A stretch of 64,000 nt of DNA from positions 12,836,001 to 12,900,000 of the forward strand of contig CM075990.1 of assembly GCA_038087875.1 (NCBI GenBank), in the 5' to 3' direction. Position 1 is the first letter of the stretch. Each line of letters begins with the position of its first letter. The notes beneath the pieces are model-generated. The model ran no database searches and was not told where the DNA came from. It saw nothing but the letters and a program-made list of their open reading frames with translations. The stretch is from Malacoraja senta (Eukaryota). Both the position numbers and the translations under genes were made by a program. Below are positions 13,510-26,530 of this stretch, in pieces.

Positions 13510-14010
13510 TGGTTTTGGAACTGCTCCATCCAAGACCGCAAGAAATTGCAGCAAACTGTGGACGCTGCCCAGACCATCACACTAACCAACCTCCCTTCCA
13601 TTGACTCCATTTACACCTCACGCTGCATCGGCAAGGCCAGCAGCATAATCAAGGACGAGTTGCACCTTGGCCACTCCCTCTACTCCCCTCTCCCATTGGG
13701 CAAAAGGTACAGAAGTGTGAAATCCAGATTCGGGGACAGTTCCTTCCCAGCTGTTATCAGGCAACTGAACCAACCTACCGCAACCAGAGAGCAGTGCTGA
13801 ACTACTATCTACCTCATTGGTGACCCTCGACTATGGTTGATCAGACTTTGCTGGCTATACCCTGCACTAAATGTTATTCCCTTATTATGTATCTGTACAC
13901 TGTGAATTCATCGATTGTAATCATGTATAGACTTTCCGCTGACTATTCAGCACGCAACAAAAGCTTTTCACTGTACCTCGGTACACGTAACAATAAACTA
14001 AACTAAATTA
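13510..14010 (+). mobile_element. Rex1/Babar-like LINE 3' fragment
   Basis: LQQTVDAAQTITLTNLPSIDSIYTSRCIGKASSIIKDELHLGHSLYSPLPLGKRYRS...SSFPAVIRQLN; related pieces at about 38985-39150 and 42110-42540 (-). Confidence 0.7.
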
Positions 14011-14444
14011 ATTTACTGCAATGATCCTCTTAATTTACTGGCTGTATGTGCTGCTTTTCAGATGAGATGGTGCCTTCTCTACTTTCCCGAGTGAACAAAA
14101 GATCCCAGAGCACTATTTCTAAGAAAGGTAGTGGAGTTCTCCCCAGGTGGCCTGCCCAATACTTGTCCCTCAATCCACATCAGTAAAGCAGATTATTTGG
14201 GTATTATCAGATTGCTGTGTTTGGGAGGTTCCTTTATCTAAATGGTTGCAATATTTTCTATACTTACTGATGCCCACACTTCAAAAGTACTTCCAAAGTT
14301 TGTCTGTTTCCAAAAGGGCCTGTTTCCTTTAATATCGTTACTTTTCCTGCATTTCTTTCATTCATTTGTTCTGTATCTCTCTACATCACCGTCTATACCT
14401 TTTGTTTCCCTTTCCCCTGACTCTCAGTCTGAAGAAGGGTCACG

Positions 14445-14958
14445 GGGTGGCGGGCCTGTCATATGAGGAAAGATTGGAAAGAGTGGGCTTGTATTCACTG
14501 GAATTTAGGAGGATGAAAGGTTATCTTATAGAGACGTATAAAATTATAAAAGGACTGGACAAGCTAGCAGGACATTTTTTCCCAATGATGGGGGAGTCCA
14601 GAACCAGGGGCCACAGTCTAAAAATAAAGGGGAGGCCATTTAAAACTGAGATGAGAAAAAACAAATTTCACCCAGAGATATGTGAATTTGTGGAATTCAC
14701 TGCCACAGAAGGCAGTAGAGGCCAGTTCACTGGATGAATTTAAAAGAGTTAGATAGAGCTCTAGGGGCTAGCGGAATCAAGGGATATGGGGAGAAGTGTT
14801 TAAGAAGGAACTGCAGATGCTGGAAAATCAAAGGTAGACAAAAGTGCTGGAGAAACTGGATACAGATTGTGGATGATCAGCCATGATCACAATGAATGGC
14901 GGTGCAGGCTCGAAGGGCCAAATGGCCTGCTCCCGCACCTAGTTTCTGTGTTTCTATG
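14445..14958 (+). mobile_element. CR1-clade LINE 3' fragment (contains a short Penelope-repeat insert)
   Basis: GLSYEERLERVGLYSLEFRRMKGYLIETYKIIKGLDK...SRTRGHSLKIKGRPFKTEMRK is the CR1 ORF2 C-terminus; related fragments near 1640-2010, 7460-7750 (-), 11310-11700, 19280-19610, 45040-45570, 55190-55330 (-) and 60650-61040 (-). Confidence 0.85.
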
Positions 14959-17900
14959 TCCCGAAACATCACCCATTCCTTTTCTCCTGAGATGCTGTCT
15001 GACCCGCTGAGTTACTACAACTTAATGTGTCTATCCAAAGTTCTATATTACTTTATGGCATTTAGATGATGTGAAAGTTGCTGCTTAAATTGAAATATTT
15101 GTCATTGTTCTGATCAAACTCACTCACTCAATCCAATCTCATTCTAACCTCTCAAAACTCATTAAACTAACTGAAAATCTGTGTCCTGCGATCACTTAGA
15201 CACACTGGATGAGAGGAAAAAAGATCAGTTATTTGGTAATTCATAGCTGTAGTATAAATTTAGAGAATGTTAAAGGATGTTACAGTGTATTTGACAACAT
15301 AATAAGAGGTAACCCAAGCAGTACTAAGCACATCTGCAATACAGCAACACAAAAACGCTAATATAGCATTTTTCTCAAACAAGCATCATTAACAGTGAGG
15401 GATGAGAATAATATTAAGACAAATGGGAATAATATTAAGACAATTGAGAAAGATCATGGTTAAAATAGCAAGTTTACAGATGCAGATTGAATTAGGAAAA
15501 AAAATAGGTTTTGAGGCTGAGAAAGGAAATTACAGAAATCAAAGCCACAGTTGTTAAAGCAGCAGCCAGTAAATGTGAGGGAAGTAAAAGTCAAGAGAGT
15601 TTAAGAGGCCAAAGTTGGTGGAGCACAAAGAACTTGAAGATGCAGGAGACTACAGATTGCTATCACCACTGGATTGAACACTTAGACCAGCAGGTGTTCT
15701 GGCAAGTACAAATCTGGTCAGATTAACTATCTGGCAAGTACAAATCTAATCAGGTACAGGTGAGACAGGTGAGGTCCACATTATGGCTTCAGCCTCCACA
15801 GGATTGTTGTTGTTCGTGTTTCTGTTCTCTGCAAGAAACAATATTTTATCTGAACCAACTTACCTATTCAAAGGACACTTTTATTCTTGACCTGACCAGT
15901 TCACCTAGTTCAGCGTGTAATTTGTTGTAATCTCTTCTTCCATAAATCTCTTCAAATGGATTGTGTGCCAATCTGTCACCATAGCAACATTCATTAGAGC
16001 CAACCAATAAACAAACTGCTCCACGTTTAACTGTTCCCTCGTCATCATATCTCCAGCTCTACGGTTCCTAGCTAACAGATTTCTATTCCGATGTGCAGGA
16101 AGAAAACTGTTTTTACAGAGTTAGAGAAGACAGACACAAAATGCTGGAGTAACTCAGCAGGACAGGCAGCATCTCTGGAGGAAAGGAATAGGTGAGGTTT
16201 CAGGTTGGGACTTAGCAGGATGACGGTGAAACTTGTATGATGACCAGGGTGGGGGAGGGATGGAGAGAGAGGGAATGCAAGGGTTACTTAAAAAGAATAT
16301 TAATTTCTCTAATTTAAGTAACCCTTGCTTTCCCTCTCTCTCTCCGTCCCTCACCCACCCTAGTTATCCTACTAGTTTTATTGTTGTCCCTGCTTAGTTT
16401 CACTGCTTATATCTCCATGTTATAACCTTTCTATTCCTATTCTTTACCCAAACTGTGCACCATTCCCATGACTACAATTCTATTTCAATTTGCCACTCGG
16501 TGGCATGAAAATACCCTGCAATATCAAAACTCACCCAAGAACAAGCAGCCAAGAACCCACCCAGGAACAAGCAAATGATGCCATTCTAATTGGTGAAAAT
16601 ACCGATGAGCTTCATGTGAGCAAATTTGGCATTAAATATAAAGGTGAAATAAAGTTTTGATAGACGCATGGAAAGTTAAACAACAAGGTTATTTGGATTG
16701 GCTAAAAGGAAGCAAGACAGTCTGAAGAAGGGTCTCAACCCGAAAAGTCACCCATTCCTTCTCTTCAGAGATGCTGCCTGTCCCGCTGAGTTACTCCAGC
16801 ATTTTGTGTCTATCTTCAAGATAAAGCAAAGCTTGCTTCAAAATCTTGTGTTTAAGAAGTAACTGCAGATGCTGGAAAGTCGAAGGTAGACAAAAATGCT
16901 GGAGAAACTCAGCGGGTGAGGCAGCATCTACGGAGCGAAGGAAATAGGCAACGTTCGGGTCAAAACCTTTCTTCAGACCTTCTGTATATCCAATAATGAA
17001 TTTGAGAAGAACTTCTTCATCCAGAAGGATTAGATAGCATAGCTCTCTATCACAAATTATAATTGAGTTAAATAGCATTCATCTCTTAAAAGAGAGGTAA
17101 CTATGTGGAGTGCAGTGGTGCTGCTGGTAGGGTGCTGCCTTATAGCGCCAGAGACCCAGGTCCAATTCTAACCTCAGGTGGCTGCATGTGCGAAGTTTGC
17201 ATGTTCTCTCTGTGACCTTGTGGATTTCCTTTGGGTGTCTGTAAGCATTTGACAGCACTGGGCCTGAACTCACTGGAGTTTAGTAGACACAAAAATGCTG
17301 GAGTAACTCAGTGGGACAGGCAGCATCTCGGGGTGACGTTTCGGGTCAAGATCTTCTTCCAACAGAGTCTTGTAATATTGGAACAACAGTAGACAATTTG
17401 CACTCAGTGAGCTCACATGAACAGCAGATGATGATGACCACAAAGTCTTCTGTACTGGCTGAGGAATCATATTAGCCAGCACACCAGGAGAACGCACCTG
17501 CACCTCTTTGAACAAGTCGCATGGAATATTTTGTTGCCCGTCCTGAGTAGACTGGTTTGATTTAACATTTCAGCCTACTGCACCGAGGGTCAGTCCAAAT
17601 TATGTATTCAATTCCCAAGGGAGGTGGTTGAGGGCGAGGTCATACATCTGGTTTTGTCCAACTTTGGGGGGAAAAGGGAGAGACGCAAGAAATCTGAGCA
17701 ATTTCAGAAGAGTGCCCAGATTCAGAGCTCACCCACCCTCACCCTCATCCTCAAAACAAGTCAGAACAGTGAAGGAGAGGAGAGAATTATTCAATCAGAT
17801 TCGGAGGAGCAGTTTTTGTCTGAGCTGACTAAGGAGGCCGGCAGAGGTTACAAAACTAGAAAAATGGAGCTGTGTAAGTATTTGTAAATGTGAAGTATTT

Positions 17901-18540
17901 TGAAACCATTATCACTCTAATCTGGCCAGCTGCCATGAAATAGCTTCTGCTCTATTACACCTGGTTTAATGTCTTTTTTGAAAGATGCACCTCTGACCAA
18001 GCAATGATTCCTCAGTGGAGACACAAAAGTTGGCAGATACTGGAATTCTGAGCAGAACACAAAGTGTGGAAGGAACTCAGCAGGTCAGGCAGCAACAGTG
18101 AAGTGGATGGCAAGGAGATTTTTCGGGTTGGGACCCTTCTTCAGACTCGACCCGAAATGTCACCTGTCTATTCCCTCCACAGATGCTGCATGACTTGCCG
18201 AGTCTTTCCACGCTTTGTGTTTTTCCGAGCAATCTCTCAGTTGCGTAGTGGAGTTTCAGTCTACAATATTGTGCTCAAGCTAAACTGTCCACATAAATGC
18301 AACTTAAAATGTGAACTTACTACACTAACCAAACCTGACTTGTGGGTTCAGAACCCAAAACATGGTCCCAACCCAAAACATTGCTTATCCGTGTTCTCCA
18401 GAGATGTTGCCTCACCCACTGAGTTACTCTGGCACTTTGTGTCTTTCTTGACTTGTGGGTGTTCCCATTTATAATTAGATCCCCTCTGGTACTTCAGAGA
18501 CCAGCTTGATCTTAATTGAACGTCAACTCACGGCATTATT

Positions 18541-19250
18541 GATACAATACAATGATACAATTTATTTGTTGTCATTTGAACCCAAGTTCAAACGAAATTT
18601 TGGTTTCTGCGGTCATACAAACAAGTAAAAAGAACCAAGACACAACACAATTTACACAATCATCCATCACAGTAAATCTCCTCCTCGATGTGATGGAAGG
18701 CAAAGTCTTATCTCTCCCCTGCACTCCCCATTCTCCTCCCGATGTCAAAGTCAAAGCCCCCGGCGGGCGATGGTAAATAAGTCCCGCGGCCATTAAAGCC
18801 GCGCCGGGCGATGCAATGCCACGCTCCGGGTCTTGTTGTTGGAGCCCTCGGTAGCGCTAGCAAGTCCCGCGGCCATTTAAAGCCGCGCCGGGCGATGTAA
18901 GACCCCGCTCCAGGTCATCTTCAACCCCGCAACTCGGGCGGGAGAAGTTGCCGTTGCGGGAGCCCTGAAAAGCGGTCTCCCGCCAGGGACCCGTGAACTC
19001 CCGATGTCACCGACCACCGGGCCGGCGGCTGGAGCCTCCAAATCTCCGGGGTCGGGCCGCAGCAGCGCGCCACCACAGCTCCTCCCGTTCCGAACTCGGC
19101 CAGCTCCGCGATGGTGAGTAAGTCCGCCGGCTCCGCGACTGGAGCCCCAGGTCGTTCCGTTGGAGGCCGCTCCACGGTGCTAGGCCCCAACGACAACGGA
19201 GACCCGACTGAGAAAGGTCGGGTCTCCCGTGCAGGGAAAAGATTTTAAAA
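18541..19250 (-). repeat. GC/CpG-rich interspersed element (same family as 50657-51270)
   Basis: Extended similarity to 50657-51270, including GTCAAAGTCAAAGCCCCCGGCGGGC and the internal duplication GTCCCGCGGCCATTAAAGCCGCGCCGGGCGATG. Confidence 0.75.
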
Positions 19251-20833
19251 GAGCTGGCCGAGTTCGGAACGGGAGGAGCTATAAAATTATGAGAGGCATT
19301 GGTAGTATAGACTGTCAGCCTTTATCCCAGGATGGAAAAATCAAATAGTAGAAGGCATACCTTTAAGGTGTGAGGCATTTAAAGTTTAAAGGAGCTGTGC
19401 GGGGTAAGTCTTTTCACACAGAGGGTGGTGAGTGCCTGGAACATGCTGCCTGGCATGCTGGTAGAGGCAGATACGACAGTAGCATTTAAGAGACGTTAGG
19501 ATAGGCATATGGATATACAGGAAATGGAGAGATATGGATAATGTGCAGGCAGATAGGATTTGGCCTGGACATTGTCTTCGGCATAAACATTGTTGTGATG
19601 TACTGTTCTATATAATGCAAGATATATAGGTACATAATTAATGGTTTCCGGAGCACCATTCACTCCTGAAAGGCTTAGATATCTTCATTCACATCATAAA
19701 CAGGTGTAGGATATTCCCTTCCCCTATCGACACCATAAGAAAATATGAGATGTATCTTTCAGGGTTACATTAAAGACAAACGATTCCTTCTCGCCTCCTG
19801 CAGGAATTAAGAGAGGACAGGAAAGACCTCTGTCCCACCCTTGGCAATACGGCAAAGACAGATTAGAACTTCACTTTCCCCCCATTGTGTGAAGGACAGA
19901 GATTTGAAACCGAGTTCCCATTCATCCTCCTCACACACCTTCCATTGACTTTCACTAACAAATATTGTATCTGTTTAGCATAGGCTGTCACAACCAAAGA
20001 CCATGCGTTCAACCAGAACAACGACTTCCATTTCTACACCACTTTTCCAGATTTTTGAGGAAGTTTCAGCATGCTCCACAGCCAATGCCGTCTCATTCAC
20101 TGCTGTAAGGTCGGAAACTCAACGACTAATTTGCCACACAGCAAGCGTCCAACAAACAGCAAAGTGACAATAAGCGGACAATAGGTCCTTTTTATTGACA
20201 TTGATTGCGGTGTATTGGCAATAACTAAAACCTAAAAAGACAGCAGAATACATGGGAGAGAAAGACTGTTAAAGAGACAAAACACAATGTGTTAGAGTAA
20301 CCCAGCAGGCCAGTCAGCATCTGTGGACGGAAAGGACAGACAATGTCTCAGGTCGGGACCCTTCTCCGGATGGTCTGTGACAATCAGTGAGATGATAATA
20401 CTGAAGCTATATGGCTTGGGTTAAATCAAAAGAACTGTGCTCATGAATGTTACATCAAACAATGGTGACACAATCTGCAACTGATGACTTTATTGATTCC
20501 AATCAGATCTGAGCAGAAGTTATCACATCTGTTGGAACAGGTTGTCTGACAGGTATATAAAAGCTGAAGTAAACGTAGTGGTGTTGCAGTAAGTACATTT
20601 TGTACATAAACTTTGTTTTTTTATACTATCATGGTCTACTTTATATAGAATGGCTGATAATTATTGCATATTTATTGTCGTCGTTCCGTCTAATGTTCCC
20701 GTAAAGCTGCAGCAAGTAAGAGTTTCATTGTTCTGGCTCCTATCTGATACATGTGACAAATAAATGATCTTACTCTTGTATGTTGTAACCAGATCGGAAT
20801 ATCTCAGGAATCATGGAAAGAGCAGCCACTTAC

Positions 20834-20894
20834 CTGGGGGCAATGGGTGAATTTTCCTCTTCAGTTGTTTACTGGACTTGGGAAAGACAGGCAT
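20834..20894 (-). CDS. candidate start-codon exon of the SEC24A/B-like gene (exon 20834-20947)
   Basis: cttacag acceptor before 20947; AACATG after an in-frame stop; MPVFPKSSKQLKRKIHPLPP, then a consensus CAG|gtaagt phase-1 donor compatible with exon 9854-9960; no homology support. Confidence 0.4.
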
Positions 20895-21407
20895 GTTAAT
20901 CCTCACCTTTCTTCAACATCCATTGTCTTTGTTCGAGAGTTTCCTACCTGTAAGATTTAGCAAAGGTGACTGACGCTGCTGGTATATGATGTTAGTAACC
21001 CTGCCCATCGTCCGCTGCACATTATGCATTATGCGCTCATTGGCAGTGTGGAATCTCCGTCAGTCTCCAGGAAGGCTGCATGGCAGTCCTACCCCTTGTT
21101 GCCACCAAGGTTTTACGTTACACTCGAGGGAAATGCTGATTAACTCATTCTCAGACCTAGCCTGGGGTGTTGAAACCGTACCATTTTGTTGTACAATAAA
21201 TCTCCGTTGCTGCAGAGCAATAAAACTATGAATTCCATTCCCAATATTTTGTTGTACCCACAAGAAATCAGCAAGATGTTTGAAATAGTTTGATCTTGAG
21301 ATAAACTCTGCATTGTGATTTAAGTGCCTCTGATCCATCAAGCATTAAAATACTTATCCCCTGCATCAAAAATACAACTGTGTATTACATAGGTTACATT
21401 TATTTAC

Positions 21408-21560
21408 CTTGCTAGTGGGGCTCATGTTGTCGACCTCCCCGTGCTGCGCCCTGTCAACTGACATCAGTCAGGCGAGCGACAACAAACAGAGACAGCAGCA
21501 TCGCCGCAGCTTGGTGCCAACCCGGAGCATGCGCCCTTTTTAGGGCGGGCACCTACGGAT
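21408..21560 (-). promoter_or_regulatory. candidate first exon and promoter of the SEC24A/B-like gene
   Basis: Non-repeat CpG-enriched patch; AAG|gtaaat donor at 21408; NRF1-like GAGCATGCGC at 21525-21534; GC box GGGCGGG at 21543-21549. Confidence 0.35.
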
Positions 21561-24487
21561 GTCGAACCGGATTGCATCACACTCCTGCAAACTTCTGCTG
21601 CCTCAAACGCAAGAAGAACCTTGCTAGTCTTATTTGTTTTAAACCTATCATCATTTTCTAGTAAACAGCTAACAATGGCCAGTTTCCTTTATTACTTTTT
21701 TGCATATTTTTCATTCATTAGGTCTATATCTCTCGTTTCCCTTTCCCCGACCCCCAGTCTGAAGAAGGGTCTCGACCCGAAACATCACCCATTCCTTCTC
21801 TCCAGAGATGCTGCCTGGCCTCGTGGAGTTACTCCAGCATTTTGTGTCTATCTTCAGTTTAAATCAGCATCTGCAGTTCCTTCCTACACTTCACTTGCTT
21901 CTTATTATAATCAAACCCCCACACTCCCCACATACTGCAAGGTGATGTTTTCAATTGACCAAAACCGTGGGCAGAAAATAGAATAGTTATTGAATTTTCT
22001 TTTGTCAAGCATATTAAGTTAGAACTTTCAGGACTGAAACTAAAAGATAGCTGACATTTGGAAATTAAAAAACTGGATGAAATAAATTGGGCCAAATTTC
22101 CTTTAAAAAATTATCAATGAAATTAGTATTTTCCTCAAATGCCCCTACTACAAAACAACTATTGGCTTTTCTTGACCATTGGATGTGAATTAATTTCTGA
22201 CCTGTACAAGTTTGTATTAACTCCAATGCTACAGAAAAATTCAGGCTGATCTTTTCCTTAGGGATTGGATGAATTCAGACCAAAACGCATCTCATCAATA
22301 ATTTGGCATTTTGCACAAATAAGGGTTTGCTCCAGAAAAAAGGAAAACAAACTGCTGGACTGTTCAACCGCCTAAATAAATATTTCCCTAACTGGCTGCA
22401 GAATTCCCTATCGTGGTGTAACAAAAGTAATAAAGGAACGGTTGTCTAACTGTTAATCAACAATATTTAATTTTACCATTGACATGTCCTTTTGAAATCC
22501 TTAAATTGCCACAATAATCATGTCCATTGACCATATAAAAAAAGATCTTTTTGGCTTACGAATCACGTGATCTTTCAACTACAGGCAATTCAACTATCCT
22601 TGCTATCTAATTTCAAACTATCTTATAAACTGCTGCAAGGTACACCACACACTTGACTATTCCTGCAGATGGGGTTCTGCGCTGGCGTTGCGATGGCGAT
22701 TGTAGAGGCAGGCAGTAAGTTACCAGCAAGCTTCTGTATGTACAGTAATGGCTCATTGAACCAGCCAATGCTGCATTTTGCTGCTGGTCCAGGAACAACA
22801 GACAGCCAACCATGTCATCTCTGGGTGCCCGCTCTACCACCCACCAAATGGAGCTCAGGGCCTGGCAGACATTGACGCGGAGACAACAACCTGGCTGCTC
22901 AACACCCAGCTTGAGATCTAACTATTCCTTTGGCTTATGTTTCATTCGCAAGAAAAAGAAGAAGTGCTGGTCTTAAAAGACTGTGTTGGAGCCATGCGCC
23001 ATTGTGACTGAAAAATGCCAGCCAGTCATTATCCGCAGAAGTCACTGATCATTGGTAGCTTTGGTCAATAGAAAGACTTTGCATCACAATGCCAAAGTGC
23101 CTTCAGTCAGCCACTTTAACTGATTTTCTTGAACTAGACAATTTTCAGTCCAAATGTCATTTTATTTTAGCCATGGTGTTAAGGCATAGGAATTGCCCAT
23201 TGTTTAAGACTGTTGGCCAATCTATTTCTTCAAACCGGAAAATGCACGATACATCTTTAATGGAGTTTGTGACTGATCGGTGAGCCAAAGGATCTGTTTC
23301 CATACTTTAAACTAAAGTAAACTAATCGTATAATGATTATCTGCAGCAGATCCATTATTGAGGCAACCAACGTTCCCAGAGATTAACAGAGTTTGGGAAT
23401 AGTCATTACAAAATGATTTTGTTATTTACCCGGGTATGTTGCATTGATCAAATTACGTCTCTTAATTTCAGTTGCTTCATTTTTCACATTTTATTAAAAG
23501 TAATCTCTTTAAGTCTAGCCTTTAATCAAATCTGTTTACGTCATCTATGTATAAACACTGCTGTAATTTCTACATTGTGAAACCATAATGTGTAAAAATG
23601 GCCTTTATTAAAATCTGACAATGTGCACTTTAACCACATGTGGGTTTTTTCTATTACAAATCTCAAATTCTGGAGTAGAGGCAAATAAATAAATAATGGG
23701 TCTTTGTCCCAAACATTATGGAGGGCACCGTAGCTCTTGGGGCTAACAGAATCAAGGGATATGGGGAGAAAGCAGGAACGGGGTGCTGATTTTGGATGAT
23801 CAGCCATAATCATATTGAATGGCGGTGTGGCTCGAAGGGCCGAATGACCTACTCCTGCACCTATTTTCTGATTCTATGGGTTACAGAGTTTATGGTGGGA
23901 GCTGATGTTAACAGCCTCTCTTCTCGACATCCAGCTGGTGAAATTTGAAGATCATTCAATAAATGTGTGTGAGACGAGCAGGTCTCAAGATTTGGAGGGA
24001 ATGGGAAGGTCAGGTGAAGGGATTCTAATTTAACTCTTACGAGTTATCAAGGCACAAATGTGTTTTGGGGTGAATATTATCAAAGGGAAGATTGGAAAAC
24101 AGAAGCGGTCCAAGGACAGACACTTTGGAGACACAGAAGTAAAGGTGAATCATGACCTTCCACATCTACAGGGAATTCCCAAGTAACATCATAACACCAA
24201 TGGTTCATGGTGGCAGCTCACCTCTCTCCTCCAGGACAATTAGTGATGGGACATTAACTGCAGGGCTTACCAGTGACAACCACATCCCATCAATGAAAAA
24301 GTAATTGAAGGCTTTCTAGCTGGATGGATGCGAGTGATATCAAGCCAATGCTATACCACTTAGCTGAATAGTGATTGAGAACCTTTAGAAGGTACTGCAA
24401 GTTGAGAATATCAGGACAGATCATCTGTCATAGTCACAACAGCTGTTTTTGTCTTTCTGCATGTTTCCTTTCTTCTCCCAACTTCAT

Positions 24488-24687
24488 NNNNNNNNNNNNN
24501 NNNNNNNNNNNNNNNNNNNNNNNNNNNNNNNNNNNNNNNNNNNNNNNNNNNNNNNNNNNNNNNNNNNNNNNNNNNNNNNNNNNNNNNNNNNNNNNNNNNN
24601 NNNNNNNNNNNNNNNNNNNNNNNNNNNNNNNNNNNNNNNNNNNNNNNNNNNNNNNNNNNNNNNNNNNNNNNNNNNNNNNNNNNNNNN
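24488..24687. other. assembly gap (200 N)
   Basis: Run of exactly 200 N; the round number suggests a placeholder size. Confidence 0.99.
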
Positions 24688-25358
24688 CTGTTGTCACCTG
24701 ATCCGTCTTAAATCTATCTCCAAATAGGCTTTAGTCCTAAACCTCACTCCTCGCTCCAGCTCTGCCTTGACTACTATAAACTCTCCACTTGCTCCCAGTT
24801 CTGAAGAAGGATCGTTGACCCGAATACTTTAACTGGTTTCTCTTTCCACAGATGTTGCTTGACTGGCTGAGTTCTTCCAGAATTTCTGCTTTTGTTTATC
24901 ACAACTAATCCTGTAGACCTTTATAACTGATTTATCTTATAACTTGTCTTGCCACTTACATCAGTTTATACACATATATCTCCAGATCGCTCCTTTCTAA
25001 CGCGCTTAGCATTATTTCTTTTTGTATAATTGTTCATCGCTGACCTATTTGTTCCTCCTTACTGATATCCTCCTCGCAGTATATTACCCTTCCAAGGTTT
25101 GTGAAGTCTGCACATTTTGAAGTGGTGCCCCGTTCCAACCGTTAATACGGATTGAAGAAAGCAATGTTCCTCGTACTGAAGCCTAGGAAAAGCCACACTG
25201 CACTTCCCGCCATTCACCACCACTGTGTTTTCTGACACTTCCGATCACTGCTGCAGCCGCATCAGCTTCGGACTTCAGGATGACCCAATTATGTAGCAGC
25301 TTGAAAGTATCAAATGCCCTCTGATATGTTGTATTTAAATATTGCCCCTTGTTTGCAG

Positions 25359-25462
25359 CCCGAAGAGTGTGGAAGAACTACCTCCCTGCAATCAATGGGA
25401 TTGTTTTCCTGGTCGACTGTGCAGACCACTCACGGCTTGCTGAATCTAAAGTGGAACTTGAT
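25359..25462 (+). CDS. SAR1A: SAR1A small COPII GTPase, internal exon
   Basis: tttgcag / gtaagt; 104 bp; (A)[39 protein letters not shown] and SKVEL are SAR1A-type residues. Confidence 0.95.
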
Positions 25463-26398
25463 GTAAGTCCAACAATGTTGAACATTTTCAGGGTAAAGGC
25501 AGATCCTTCAACAGAGTGCCTCTAGATGTTGATTTTTGTGCAAGTCAGTTCGTTCCCTCCCTTCTAACAAATGACTTGAAATGTACTATTCGGGGAATGT
25601 GGCACCTTGCATCTGAAGAAGGGTCTCAACCCGAAACATCACCTATTCCTTTTCACCAGAGATGCTGCCTGACCAGCTGAATTACTCCCGCTTTTTGTGT
25701 GTATCTTCAGCACCTTATGTTTCTCGGTCTCTTTTCAATTAGCTGGGAGACGTCATGGGGTGTACTGCACCTGACAACAATCCGAGACAATACTAAAAAC
25801 AGGGCTATTTATTGCACTCCGCCACCTGGTGTGTACAGATTGGAGCTGAAAAATGTGTACGAGGGAAAGTCTTCTGCTCCTGTAATGACATTATGGGGAA
25901 ATGAGAAGTAGGGACAAGCAAACTCATGGCTGGTCCTAAGGGGGGGAACCATAATTTACCTGTGGTAAAAGTGATGAAGAGACAGATAATATCTTGTAAT
26001 GGAGGAGTGGTTGTGATCGGCTTGCCTTCAGGTTTGTAACTTGGCATAATAGGGCAGCTTGCTCATGGCAGCAACACTCGGGCTGTCTTGGAGCTTTGAT
26101 GCTCCACTGGCAAACTGAGTACAATACCTATTATTACCTCAACATGCATTCAATCACTTATTTAAATGTTACACAGTAGAATATCTAATTGTTTTAATCC
26201 GGTATGTTTGAAGGGAATGCAGGAACAACGGAGTAAGAGACATATAGGGGAGTTGCGATCTAAGGTCCAATGACTGGGCAGGGACATCAGCTGGTCACCC
26301 ACATGGATTACCCGTTTTAATGTATCTACAGCCAGCAATTTTACGGATTTTTTTTTGTTTCTAATGATTATGTTTCTCACGTTCATTATCTTTCTTAG

Positions 26399-26530
26399 GC
26401 ATTAATGACAGATGAAACAATAACTAATGTTCCCGTTCTCATCCTGGGTAATAAAATCGACCGACCGGAGGCCATAAGTGAGGACAAACTACGGGAGATT
26501 TTCGGGCTATATGGACAAACGACAGGAAAG
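26399..26530 (+). CDS. SAR1A: SAR1A internal exon with G4 NKID motif
   Basis: tttcttag / gtaatg; 132 bp; [44 protein letters not shown]. Confidence 0.96.

Noticed and set aside
24375..24727. ORFs spanning the N run
   Set aside because: Artefact of the assembly gap
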